Source of the DNA: Felis catus
Lineage: Eukaryota
Direction: 5' to 3'
Assembly: GCF_018350175.1 (NCBI RefSeq)
Contig: NC_058368.1
Location: forward strand, 202,866,001-202,930,000
DNA length: 64,000 nt
Part shown: in pieces, positions 33,147-44,764 of the stretch
Numbering within the stretch: the stretch's first letter is position 1
Layout of the letters: every line of letters begins with the position of its first letter
Notes under the pieces: generated by a model
The model's database searches: none
Told to the model about the DNA's origin: nothing
The model's input: the letters and a program-made list of their open reading frames with translations, nothing else
Program-made: the position numbers and the translations under genes

Positions 33147-33744
33147 AGGAATATGTGTGATATTCCTTGGACACTCCTGGCTACCCAAGAACAAAGGAAA
33201 GGGGTGTAACTGCTTGCCATGGTGATGTGGGAAACTCAGGCAAATGAAAAATTATCTTACTGCCTACAGCCCATTGGCAAGTCCTTGAAACCAGCAGAGT
33301 GACCTTCCTTTATGAGCTGGCTGCCTTGATGATGACACTTTGCTAGGGACAAAAGAGAACCTTGGTTTAATACTATCCCAACCTCGAGGATCCTGTAAGT
33401 CTACTTCCTTTATCTCAACTGCCAAAGATGTATGCTGGCAATCATACTCCAAGTTTATGGTCCCTCAATATATATCTGAAGGGTCTCAGGGCTGAGGTTT
33501 TATTAAACTGTAATAAGTGGTGTTTCCTTATTAACAGCTCGCCCCTCAAGGTCCTGGAAAGCTTCCTTCCAAAATATCTTACAGGGTGTATAATGAGTTA
33601 CCCGTCACAACCCTAGTGCAACCCATGATTCTTGTCCCCATGCTTTAATGAAATTGCCTTTTTACACCAAAGACGTCTTAAAGAATTTTCTTGGCCATTG
33701 GCTCCAGACCCCATGAACCCCACCATCACCCCAAAACTTCATCA
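33147..33744 (+). mobile_element. Related solo LTR, 5' end unclear
   Basis: Shares blocks with 31291-31998; ends CTTCATCA. Confidence 0.75.
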
Positions 33745-34830
33745 CATTGACTTGTAAAACAGATTAAACTCTGCCTTAGGATTTATTTAATGCAAATGGC
33801 ATTTGGTAACAACTTACGTTTTCTAGAAAGAAAAGTGACAGAATTCCCCCAAAACTCTGATGATCAGATTCATAGGTCTATACCCAGCATAGGTTTAAGA
33901 GCAGAAGGACTAGACATTTACCTGTTCTGTGGACGAAAGCCATTGTATGAAATGCACAGGTTGAAACACTTGTACTTTCTTTTAGTTTCTTTGAATGGAC
34001 TAGGTTTCTTCCATTATGCACATATGCTTCCCTCTGCTCAGAAAGCTTTTCTCCATCTTTATTTAGTTAACTCTCACTTGATCTTCAGGTTTCAACTCAA
34101 ATGCCTCGTCCTTTACTCAAATGCCTTGCCATTACTTTTCTCAATGATTCATTTGCATGATGATAGATAGTCTGTTTGGCTAAATGGAGTTTATCCTTAG
34201 TGCCCAGCGGAGGGCCATTTCCATTGAAGCTGGCTTAAAGAAATCTGTGAAGGCTGAGCAATAGTCTATGGAATCTCTTCTCTTATGTCCAACATGTTCT
34301 TGTTGATTTTAATGGAAATAGACTGGAGCACAAATTTGAAACAAACCAGTTCCGAAAATAGAATACAGAATACCATACACAGCATTTTGTGCTTCATGGA
34401 ATTAGTGAATTGGCGTTTTATTTTTTTTTAGAAATTAGTCAAAGAACCTTAAATTCAAGGGCTGGTGCATCAAAATGAAGGTCTATCACAAAAAGCAAAT
34501 CACACAAGGATGCATATTGCCAACAGTTACCTCTCCAAGAAAGAGCACACCAGGACATGGAACAGGAGCAAGCAAGAATTCTATGTAGCATTTGTTACTC
34601 CTGAGCATTTTTTGCATTCTGAAAAGTCTTCCTTTTTGTAAAATACACTACTATGAAAACTAGATACATTGCCTATCATGGTAGTAGATCAAGATTAACA
34701 TGCTTGATTTAAGTGGAGAGCTTTAAAAGTCTTAGAACCTCATTTAAAAAAAAACTCATTCTGTTTTCTTCAGACTTTGTGTGAAGAAATAAAATGCATC
34801 TTGCATTCAGTGTTGAAATGCTTCATTTTT

Positions 34831-35041
34831 GGAGTGCCTGGATGGCTCAGTCAGTTGAGCATTTGATTTCAGCTCAGGTCATGATCTCACGGTTCGTGGG
34901 TTTGAGCCCTGTGTCAGGTTCCGTGCTGTCAGCTCTGAGCCTGGAACCTGCTTTGGGTTCTGTGTCTCCCTCTCTCTCTGCCCCTCCCCCGCTCACACTC
35001 TCTCTCAAAAATAAATAAACATTAATCTTTTTTAATAAAAA
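34831..35041 (+). mobile_element. Can-SINE
   Basis: TSD GAAATGCTTCATTTTT. Confidence 0.92.
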
Positions 35042-35123
35042 GAAATGCTTCATTTTTTAGAAGTCATTTAAATGCAATGCAATGCATTGTTTGGGCCATA
35101 ACAAGCCATTTCTACAAAGTTAA

Positions 35124-35125
<2 letters not shown>

Positions 35126-35165
<40 letters not shown>
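35126..35165. repeat. (CA)n microsatellite
   Basis: Direct reading. Confidence 0.95.
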
Positions 35166-35166
<1 letters not shown>

Positions 35167-35309
35167 ATGAAAAATATACATTCCTCCCACAGTTAAAATA
35201 AACCTTTGGAAGATTTGCATTTTCTTACTTGTCTGCCTTTGAGCTGAGCAAGTCAATGCAGAGCTATGTTATCTTCTCTTGACTTGTATTAACTCAAAAG
35301 TTAAGAAAG

Positions 35310-35648
35310 TGTTATGCCTAGAATTCGTGATCCCCAAAGACCACCAGGGAGCCGAGTCTGATGCAAAAGCAAAAGAGCCTTTATTCGAGCTAGCCCGAGC
35401 TCAATCCCCTACCTGCACGGACACAGCGGTGAGATACTGGGGAGAGAGCGAGTTTCAAAAGGACAAAGGTTTTATTGGGGCCTAGGGGCAGTTGGCGAGG
35501 TAATGGCTGTGGCCTCAGCCTATTGGCTGGGGAAGGGTCCGAGTCCTGTTAGGCAAGTGGGGGGGGGGATTACTCGAGGGGAGGAGGTGTGGTCAAGGTG
35601 AAGGACACAGAACAAGATGGAGTCGGCAGGTGTAGGCCCACCCTTTCA
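35310..35648 (-). mobile_element. Short CpG-rich solo LTR (339 bp)
   Basis: Minus strand reads TGAAAG...GGCATAACA; 5-bp TSD GAAAG; minus-strand CCAAT and AATAAA. Confidence 0.88.
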
Positions 35649-35856
35649 GAAAGCACACAATATTTTCATCGGGGGACAGAGTAAATAGTGCCACGAGAGA
35701 TGTTCATGGCTCAAATAAATTTCCCAATGGAAGTTTGGGACTTATCCCATTCCCAATAATAAATTAACAATTGAAAATGTATAATTACCATTTTTAGCTA
35801 TATTTGTAATTAATAAAGGGAACAACATGAAAATTTGTTTTGTTTTTAACATGGAA

Positions 35857-36044
35857 ATTTTTTTTCATTTTTTTTAATGTTTATTTTTGAGAGAGAGACA
35901 GAGTGTGAATGGGGGAGGAGCAGAGAGAGAGGGAGACACAGAATCTGAAGCAGGCTCCAGGCTCTAAACTCTCAGCACAGAGCCTGACATGGGGCTCGAA
36001 CTCACAAACCACAAGATCATGACCTGAGCCGAAGTCAGACCCTC
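35857..36044 (-). mobile_element. 5'-truncated Can-SINE
   Basis: TSD AACATGGAAATTTTT. Confidence 0.9.
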
Positions 36045-36357
36045 AACATGGAAATTTTTAATACCAGAGATAAGAATACAAACTCAAGCAAGAACAGGTG
36101 CTAGGGAGTGTCAGGGCAGGTGGAAGAGATACTGATCCTCAGGTGACAGAATGTACTTTTGATAATTCTATGATGAAAGAAAAATACATGAAATCATTTC
36201 CACATTGTTTGTTGACCTTTAAATTACATATATGTTAAATTATAGCTCAAAGAATAAAGAATTGTCATTATACAGAATCTTAGAATTAGGAAAGGAAAAA
36301 AAGGAAAATGTACCTGAGATGCAGAGTTTTGTTAAAACTTTAAAGTCACGTTAACAT

Positions 36358-37000
36358 TGTTTAAAAAGAAAACCACAGGGGCGCCTGGGTGGCACAGTCG
36401 GTTAAGCGTCCGACTTCAGCCAGGTCACGATCTCGCGGTCCGTGAGTTCGAGCCCCGCGTCAGGCTCTGGGCTGATGGCTCAGAGCCTGGAGCCTGTTTC
36501 CGACTCTGTGTCTCCCTCTCTCTCTGCCCCTCCCCCGTTCATGCTCTGTCTCTCTCTGTCCCAAAAATAAATAAATGTTGAAAAAAAAATTTTTTTAAAA
36601 AGAAAACCACAGGCCCCAAATGGCATCACTTAGGACAAGTCACCAAACTGGGGCTTAAACCTAACCTAATTGCAGTTCATACTCTCTCCCTCCAAATGTA
36701 GTCTCAACTGGTCAGTCAGGAATTTTCTGGTCAGTAACAATAGGGTAAACTGTCATATGGGCCCTCTTTATTACCCAAAGGAAGATAACATAATACACTT
36801 AATAAGACCTTTTGTCCCCAAAGGAAGGTGGCCTCACCTGAAAAAACTTTTTTTTTTCTGTTTATAAATCCCTTGTCCTGCCTTTAAAAACCTTTCTATT
36901 TTTGTAGATCTTGCTAGATATGGTATTGCCTAATTCATGAATTGTTTAATAAAGACAAGTAGATATTCAAATTTACTTGGCTGAATTTTGTTTTTTAACA
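36358..37000 (+). mobile_element. Solo LTR (MER34-like ERV1) with nested SINE
   Basis: TGTT...AACA termini, AATAAA near the 3' end, flanks ACAT/ATAT. Confidence 0.6.
36378..36593 (+). mobile_element. Can-SINE (SINEC_Fc type)
   Basis: TSD TTTAAAAAGAAAACCACAGG. Confidence 0.95.
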
Positions 37001-37281
37001 ATATGTATACATTTTCTTAAGTTTAATATTTATAAACTAAAAATAAATTTAAGTACAAATGAATATCAGTCTAAGCCTATTTGAAGCCAGCAAAGTGTTT
37101 CAAATAGTTGTCTAAAATTTCTTCCCTCCCCCCCAAAAAACACAATCTGAATGGTTAACAGAGATTTTTTAATTCTGAAAAAATAACAAAGGGTGCTTCT
37201 TTCTTTAATAATTACTTATAAAATTTTGTTCCAAATGATGGCCAAAATGTTGTAACCCCTCCAATGGGATTTTGGAGTCCA

Positions 37282-37709
37282 TGAGACATGGTGAACAAAG
37301 GCAGAAGAAAATGTAGATCAAATTAAATTTCCTTATAACCTGCAGTCCGTTGACAAATACTTGAGGCAGGTAGAGTAGAACATTTCTCCAGGAACTCCCA
37401 ACTGTCTTAATTTAAATACTTTGCTAGAAGGAAAAACAACTTTAGCTTGGCAATAGCTAGACCTCCAGGATTCTGTGAATCCTCTTTAGCATTGTGAAAG
37501 TCCTTTTGGAAATGTCCCCTTGGCTTTACCTCCCCCAACTCTATAGTATGTAATCAGTCACCACTCACAACTCCAGTGTAGCTCTTTCTGCCCATGGGTC
37601 CTGTCCCTGTGCTTTGATAACATCACTGTTTTGCACTGAACACATTTCAAGACTTCTTTTTTGGCCACCAACTCTGAACCCAAACATTTTGCATATTGCA
37701 TGTGCATCA
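37282..37709 (+). mobile_element. Solo LTR related to 32517-32932
   Basis: Shared AACAAAGGCAGAAGAAA...TTTCCTTATAACCTGCAG block. Confidence 0.75.
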
Positions 37710-38330
37710 ATACATATTAATTCTGTTTCTTTTAAGGGAGGACTAATAAGGCACACCAGTGGGGCATATGCAGTAGGTAAATGACTCAGAATCTCTAGGA
37801 GGGAAGAGAAATTAAATTCAACAAAAATGTTATAAATGAATACATGCATCTATGTTTATGTGACCCAAACAATGAATTTCAAAAAGAGAGAGGGAATCTG
37901 ATACTTTCCTTGGAATTTAGCAGCAGCAAATTGTGCTAGTGCTTACGACAGACATAATAGTTCAGCAAAACTGCTGATCCTACTGATGTACTAAAGAGTC
38001 AGCATATTTTTAAACCTCAGGTCAGTCATTGAACTTCTCTGAGTCTGGAAGAAAAAGAAGTCTTTAAATTACAGGTATGACCTAACCTGGAGGCAAGGGC
38101 ACAATCAAAAGTGAAGCAGCAGGAAGTGAGAGCAGAAGTGTGTTGAAGGTATAGAGAGAATGCAGGTATAGGCAGAGTGTCTAGGAGACTCAAACAGGAA
38201 AGGAGAAACAGCCTCCTCTTTGCTTGGGGTCTGGGATTGTTATTGAGGATGGTGGTGTGGTGTATGTGTCCTCTTAATCATCCAGGAACTGGTTAGAACA
38301 AAGACAAGAGGGGGCGCCTGGGTGGCTCAG

Positions 38331-38521
38331 TCGGTTAAGCGTCTGACTTTGGCTCAGGTCATGATCTTGTGGTTCGTGAGTCTGAGCCGTGCATCAGGCT
38401 CTGTGCTGACAGGTCAGAGCCTGGAGCCTGTTTCGGATTCTGTGCCTCCCTCTCTCTCTGCCTCTGCTCTCACTGTCTCTCTCAAAACGTGAATAAACAT
38501 TAAAAAAAAAAAAAAAAAAAA
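38331..38521 (+). mobile_element. Can-SINE
   Basis: TSD AGAACAA(A/G)GACAAGAG. Confidence 0.92.
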
Positions 38522-38716
38522 AGAACAAGGACAAGAGTCCAGGTGTCCTGTATAAGTCACTTATTTCTTGGAACCAGGGGGTCTTGGCATTGAAATGTCA
38601 TTCTCACCTGGTCTTTTCTTAGATGTTATGTATTCTGAAGAAACCATTAATTCCTTGTCCCTTACAAGGAGGACATACACTATTGCATTATGAGGAATGT
38701 GTAAAATGAGGGTGCA

Positions 38717-40631
38717 TTTTGATGGTTTCCTGTATCACATTTAGGTCTTTCATCCATTTTGAATTTATTTTTGTGTATGATGTAAGAAAGTGGTCCAATT
38801 TCATTCTTCTGCATGTTGCTGTCCAGTTCTCCCAGCACCATTGTTAAAGAGACTTTTTTCCATTGGATACTCTTTCCTGCTTTGTCAAAGATAAGTTGGC
38901 CATACATTTGTGGGTCCAATTCTGGGTTCTCTATTCTAGTCCATTGATCTATGTATCTGTTTTTTTGCCAATACCATACTGTCTTGGTGATTATAGTTTT
39001 GTAGTATAGGCTAAAGTTTGGGATTGTGATGCCTCTGGCTTTGATTTTCTTTTTCACTATTCCTTTGGCTATTTGGAGTGTTTTGTGGTTCCATACAAAT
39101 TTTAGAACTGTTCTAACTTTGAGAAAAATGTTGGTGTTACTTTGATTGTGATTGAATTGAGTGTGTAGATTGCTTTGGGTAATATTGACATTTTAACAAT
39201 ATTTGTTTTTCTGATCCATGAACATGGAATGTTTTTCCATTTCTTTGTGTCTTCCTCAATTTCTTTTGTAAGTTTTCTATAGTTTTCAGCATGCAGATCT
39301 TTTACCTCTTTGGTTAGGTTTATTCTCAGGTATTTTATGGTTCTGGTGCAATTGTAAATGGGATAGATTCCTTGGTATCTCTTTCTGTTGCTTCATTATT
39401 GGTGTATTGAAATGCAACAGATTTCTGTACATTGAGAAAACAGGCAACAACCTCTTTGACCTTGGCCACAGCAACTTCTTACTTGACATATCTTTGAACA
39501 CAAGGGAAATAAAAGCAATAATGAGCTATTGGTACCTCATCAAAATAAAACTTCTGTATAGCAAAGGAAACAACCAACAAAATTAAAAGGCAACTGACAG
39601 AATGGGAGAAGATACTTGTTAATAACATATTGGATAAAGGGTTAGTATCTAAAATCTATAAAGAACTTACCAAACTCAACACCCAAAAAACAAATAATCC
39701 AGCGAAGAAATGGGGAGAAGACATAAATAGGCACTTTTCCAAAGAAATCATCCAGATGGCTAATAGACACATGAAAAAATGCTCAACATCATTTGTCAGG
39801 GAAATACAAATCAAAACCACATTGAGATACTACCTCATACCGGTCAGAGTGGTTAAAATGAACAACTCGGGAAACAACAGATGTTGGTGAATATGTGGAG
39901 AGATGGGAACCCTCTTGCACTATTGGTGGGAATGCAAACTGGTGCAGCAACTCTGGAAAACAGTGTGGAGGTTCCACTGTTTAACTTAAAAAATTAAAAA
40001 TAGAATTACCCTATGACCCAGCAATATCACTACTAGAAATTTATTCTAAGGATACAAGAGTGCTGATTCATAGGGGCACATGTACCACAATGTTCACAAC
40101 AGCACTATCAACAATAGCGAAATTATGGAAAGAGCCCAAATGTCTATTAACTGATGAATGAATAAAGAAGATGTGATATATACACACAATGGAATACTAC
40201 TCATTGATGAAAAAGGGTGGAGTCTTGCCATTTGCAACAATGTGGATGGAACTGGAGGGTATTATGCTAAGTGAAATAAATCAGAGAAAGACAGATACAT
40301 GTTTTCACTCATGTGGAACTTAAGAAACTTAACAGAAGACTGTGGGGTAAAGAAAGGAAAAGAAACAGTTACCAAGAGGTAGGCAAACCATAAGAGATGC
40401 TTAAATACAAAGAACAAACTGAAGGTTGATGGGGGTGGGGGGTCAGAGGGGAGGGAAAATGGGTGATGGGTATTGGGGAGAGCACTTTTTGCAATGAGCA
40501 CTGGGTGTTGTTTGGAAGTGATGAATCACGGGAGTCTACTCCCGAAGCTAAGAGCACATTATATACACTGTATGTTAGCTAACTTGACAATAACTTACAC
40601 TAAAAAGTTTATATAAACTTTATGTGTGTGT

Positions 40632-40684
<53 letters not shown>

Positions 40685-40686
40685 AT
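38717..40686 (+). mobile_element. 5'-inverted (twin-primed) carnivore L1
   Basis: 38717-39435 is antisense ORF2 (KTVWYW, DQWTRIENPE); 39434-40610 is sense ORF2 end and 3' UTR; TSD TAAAATGAGGGTGCA / TAAAGTGACGGTGCA; tail is now (TG)n(TA)n. Confidence 0.92.
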
Positions 40687-41608
40687 TAAAGTGACGGTGC
40701 AGGTCTTAGCAAGAATAGAAACAGGAAAAGGAATAAGAAGGAGATATTTGTGGAGTCCTTTGGTGTCCCTATCTCATCACTAGAATGAAAGCGGCATGTG
40801 GATGGTGATTCTATCTGTCTTGTTTACTGCTATGCATTCTATTCTAAGAAACATGATAAGTATTCAATAAATATATGCTGAATATTTTAATGAAATAGAG
40901 GTCAGATCTCTTTGTTTTTGTTTTTTGCTGTTGTTGTCTTGGAGGGGAATTGAGGACGGATAGAAAAGGAACGACAAATAACCTGAAATCCAATATGCTA
41001 GTGATAATTTACATAAGCCAGCAGGCTTATGTAAGTGTAGACCTCTAGTTACCTGTAACAAGCTCATTAATTATAAATCAGGAAGACCCAAAATTCACTG
41101 CTGATGCCAGAACATTGGAAACATGTCTGTAAACTTGGGTAGCAATGAACTATCTGAACTTACTCATTTTAGTACTGAGATGCCTTATATGACTAATGCT
41201 TCATCTTTATCTAACATATTTACATACCAGTGATTCTTAATTTTTGAACATTAAGTTTTTCTACCCCTTGTTCTCTTTCAAGTAGTTAATGGTGTGTAAA
41301 CACATTTTAAATACAATAGGAGAGTATGCTATTTAAAGAACCCCTGCTGGTTTAAGTGACTTCTTTTTAATATAATGAAATGGTCAATGCTCAATGTTTC
41401 CGTATCAATTGTTTTAAATAACACATTTGCCACTTTGATGATAGATGAGTTTGGCTTTTTCAGTTGAGCTTCCCTCCCCCACTCCCTGCCCCCCAACCAT
41501 GAACTGGAGAAGATCAGAAGAGGGTAACATCTTTATTTGCTGTCCAGCAGTGAATGACCAAAATCAAGCAATTCCATTTTCATTCAATGTTATTGTGGAG
41601 TCTGTTAA

Positions 41609-41840
41609 TTTTTCTTTCTTTTTAAAAAAATATTTATTATTTATTTTTTGAGAGAGAGAGAGACAGAACGCAAGCAGGGGAGGGGCAGAGAGAGAGAGAG
41701 CGGGTACACAGAATCTGAAGCCCACTCCAGGCACTGATCTGTCAGCACAAAGCATGACGTGGGCCTCAAACTCACGAACTGTGAGATCGTGACCTGAGTT
41801 GAAGTCGGATACTTAGCCGACTGAGCCACCCAGATGCCCC
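41609..41840 (-). mobile_element. Can-SINE
   Basis: TSD AGTCTGTTAATTTTT. Confidence 0.92.
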
Positions 41841-43780
41841 AAGTCTGTTAATTTTTCATAAAAAACATTGGTTGAATTACCAACATTTCTTTACTTAGAC
41901 ATCATCTTTGCTTCCAAACATTTTGGTAAATCATAAGAATCACTCATATTCTCTCAATTTTCAAGGATGATAATTTATTATTTCATAATCAGCTAATTGC
42001 AAATTTAATAGGCTTGCAATTACCAGGTGCATCTTTAAACAGAGTCTGTGCTATTTTCAAAGATAATTGTTAAAATTGATCAAGTGGAAAAATTTATTTT
42101 TGTGTTAAAATTATGGAAGGGTAAATGGTTTGCCATTCTGTGTTTTTGTTTGTTTGATTCTACCTAAAGAATCAACTGATTCATAAAAACTAAAAGCTTT
42201 TTGCTTCTCATTTTGTTTAGAGCTAGGATATCAGAGTTATCTTTCAAACTTATTTTTCTCAAGTAATAAGCATCACAACATTGATCCAGCTCATCAAGTA
42301 AATCTTATTTTTTATGGATAAAAGCAGAGAGGAAAATGTTGATTTAATATTTTACTCTGGTTTAGTATATAGTAAGGAAGACAAAATTATAGGGCAATTT
42401 TAGAAATATGTTACATGGGGATGAAGAAGTCATTATAGAAAATGATGTCAGAGGAAAAATAGGCAAATAAGAGTTTATAAAGGCTATTGTCATATAGAGA
42501 GAGTCTAGAACTCAGTCTGTACTCAACTGTTGAAATAAAGGATGGTAGGGTCTTGAAAGGTAGGAATGAACTAGTGGAAAAGTACTGGAGAACACTGAGC
42601 AAGAAGCTGATAGAATGGGATGTGTTGAGCTTATTATTTCCTGAATTTTAAAATATTTTTGTTTATAATTAGGCCAACTGTGTTTGCTAATCAGCACCCA
42701 TGGAAGTTAGAAGTTAGGCTCCTAACTTATTACACAAAGACTGGGAGATATGGATGCTATATTTTTTGACAATAACATTCGTGTGATGGTTCCCAGCTCC
42801 TTGAGAAAGATGTTCCTTGGATTCTGAAACTGGTAAGAGGATTTTTAATTACTTTTCATAGGGACAGAGTAAGAACTTATAGTTATAAATTTTCTAAACA
42901 AAATGTTCTAGGTATAGGGAGGAGAAAAGCCTCTGTGTTTAGATCATCTGAATTCTCTAAGGAAAGTGTGAGGGGGAAATCAAGGACATTGAGGCAGAAA
43001 GCTCAAAGTTTAGTCAAGGGAAATGTGAAGGTCATTTTGGTCAATGATATTTTACATTTTAAAAATATGATGCATTCAATACATAGTGGAGATTTTTTCC
43101 CTAATAATCTGCTTTCAATGCTTTACAGAATTATTATAAACAGTTATAAAGCAGTAAAAATGAGGTGCATATGCCCTAATTCCTGTTTGTTATAATATAT
43201 ACAATATTATTTGTCTGTCAGGGACTCAATACTTCTAATATGCAGAAAAAATAGATCCCATGGTTCTACTGATGTAAACACGGTTGACCCATTTATTTCA
43301 AAATTAATCAAGTATAATTATAAGATAATAATGGCAACTTCTTTGGTGCCAATAATAAGAATGTAGGCCTAACAGAAAGGGTTAAGCAAAACCGTTTTGT
43401 TGTTTTCTTGCTCCTGTAATTTTGGCCATACTTTGGTTTGATTACATGGAGAAGATACCAGAGTATTAAGAAGCAAACATTCTAAGATAGGAAGTAAAGC
43501 AAAGATGATTATTTAAGCATGTAATGTCATTCTATAGCATTGTCTAACAGGCTCACTTCCAATCATCCTATCCTTTAGGAAATTGCAACTTTGTTTAACA
43601 TACTACTTACTATTGATTATGTCTAGACATTTCTTAACTCTGTAAAATTAGAAACTAACTACTAGAAAGCAAATAAAATACAATGATTTTCTTTTTTGTC
43701 CATTAGAGAATTTTGCATCAAAAGTTACGTTTTATTGCCCTGTAGGTAATTAACCAATTTGGTAATAATTTAATGCTGTA

Positions 43781-43998
43781 TTTTTTTAAATATTTTTTTT
43801 AAAGTTTATTTATTTTTGAGACAGAGAGAGACAGAGCATGAACAGGGGAGGGTCAGAGAGAGGGAGACACAGAATCTGAAACAGGCTCCAGCTGAGCTGT
43901 CAGCACAGAGCCCGACGCGGGTCTCGAACTCACGGACCATGAGATCATGACCTGAGCCGAAGTCGGACGCTTAACCGACCGAGCCACCCAGGCGCCCC
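43781..43998 (-). mobile_element. Can-SINE (felid type)
   Basis: TSD TTAATGCTGTATTTT. Confidence 0.95.
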
Positions 43999-44551
43999 TT
44001 AATGCTGTATTTTAAAATTTATTTTCTTTTCATTGACCATAGAATGCCAGTTTTTCAATATTTCTTTGAAAACAGCTTTGTCATCCATCTACTTCTGTAA
44101 GTCATGAGGACTTGTGCTTACTATCTAATTGTGCAAGAATTATTATTTTTTTGTTATTTTGGGAATTATACTTTGGCAGAGGACTATAGAGAAAATCCTT
44201 ATATTCCCTTACAGATAACAAAATCAACCCATTTCTGGTTCCTTACTTTGTCTTTTTCCTTTCTTCTGTTTTCTGGTACCGATGACTTCACAGTGTAACT
44301 TTTCAACCTGCTTTTGACCTAAAAATCTATCCATCTACTAGATGGACCAAAGAGGTGAGGTGTGTGCATGTTTGTTAGTGTGTGAGTAAAACGCAATGAT
44401 GGAGTAGGAAAACAAAAAGAAGCAAAATTCTTCATTGTATTGTATGATCTGAAGGATCTATCATTTATACTTGTGGGTAAGAGAATTGTCGATATGTACA
44501 GAAGCTTCTCTGATTCAAGAGGAAATGAACACATCAGTAAAACCTTACTTT

Positions 44552-44760
44552 TATAGACTGAATTGTCTTCCCAAAATTTGTAGGTTGAAACTTTAATCCT
44601 CAATGTGACTGTATTTAGAGATTGTATTTAAAGGGGTATTAAGGTAAAATGAGGTCAGAAGACAGGGGTCCAAATATGACTGGTGTACTTATAAGAGGAG
44701 GAAGAGACACCAGGGATTTGTGTGCACAGAGAAAAGGCTGTGAGAAGATACAGAGAGAAG
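44552..44760 (+). mobile_element. MLT1-like MaLR LTR fragment
   Basis: AATGTGACTGTATTT...AAGGTAAAATGAGGTC...CTTATAAGAGGAGGAAGAGACAC motifs. Confidence 0.7.
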
Positions 44761-44764
44761 GAGT

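Larger units (their letters stand above)
37984..40779. mobile_element. Probable solo LTR split by a SINE and an L1
   Basis: TGATG...CATCA termini with CTAC/CTAG flanks; sequence resumes after the L1 TSD. Confidence 0.45.
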
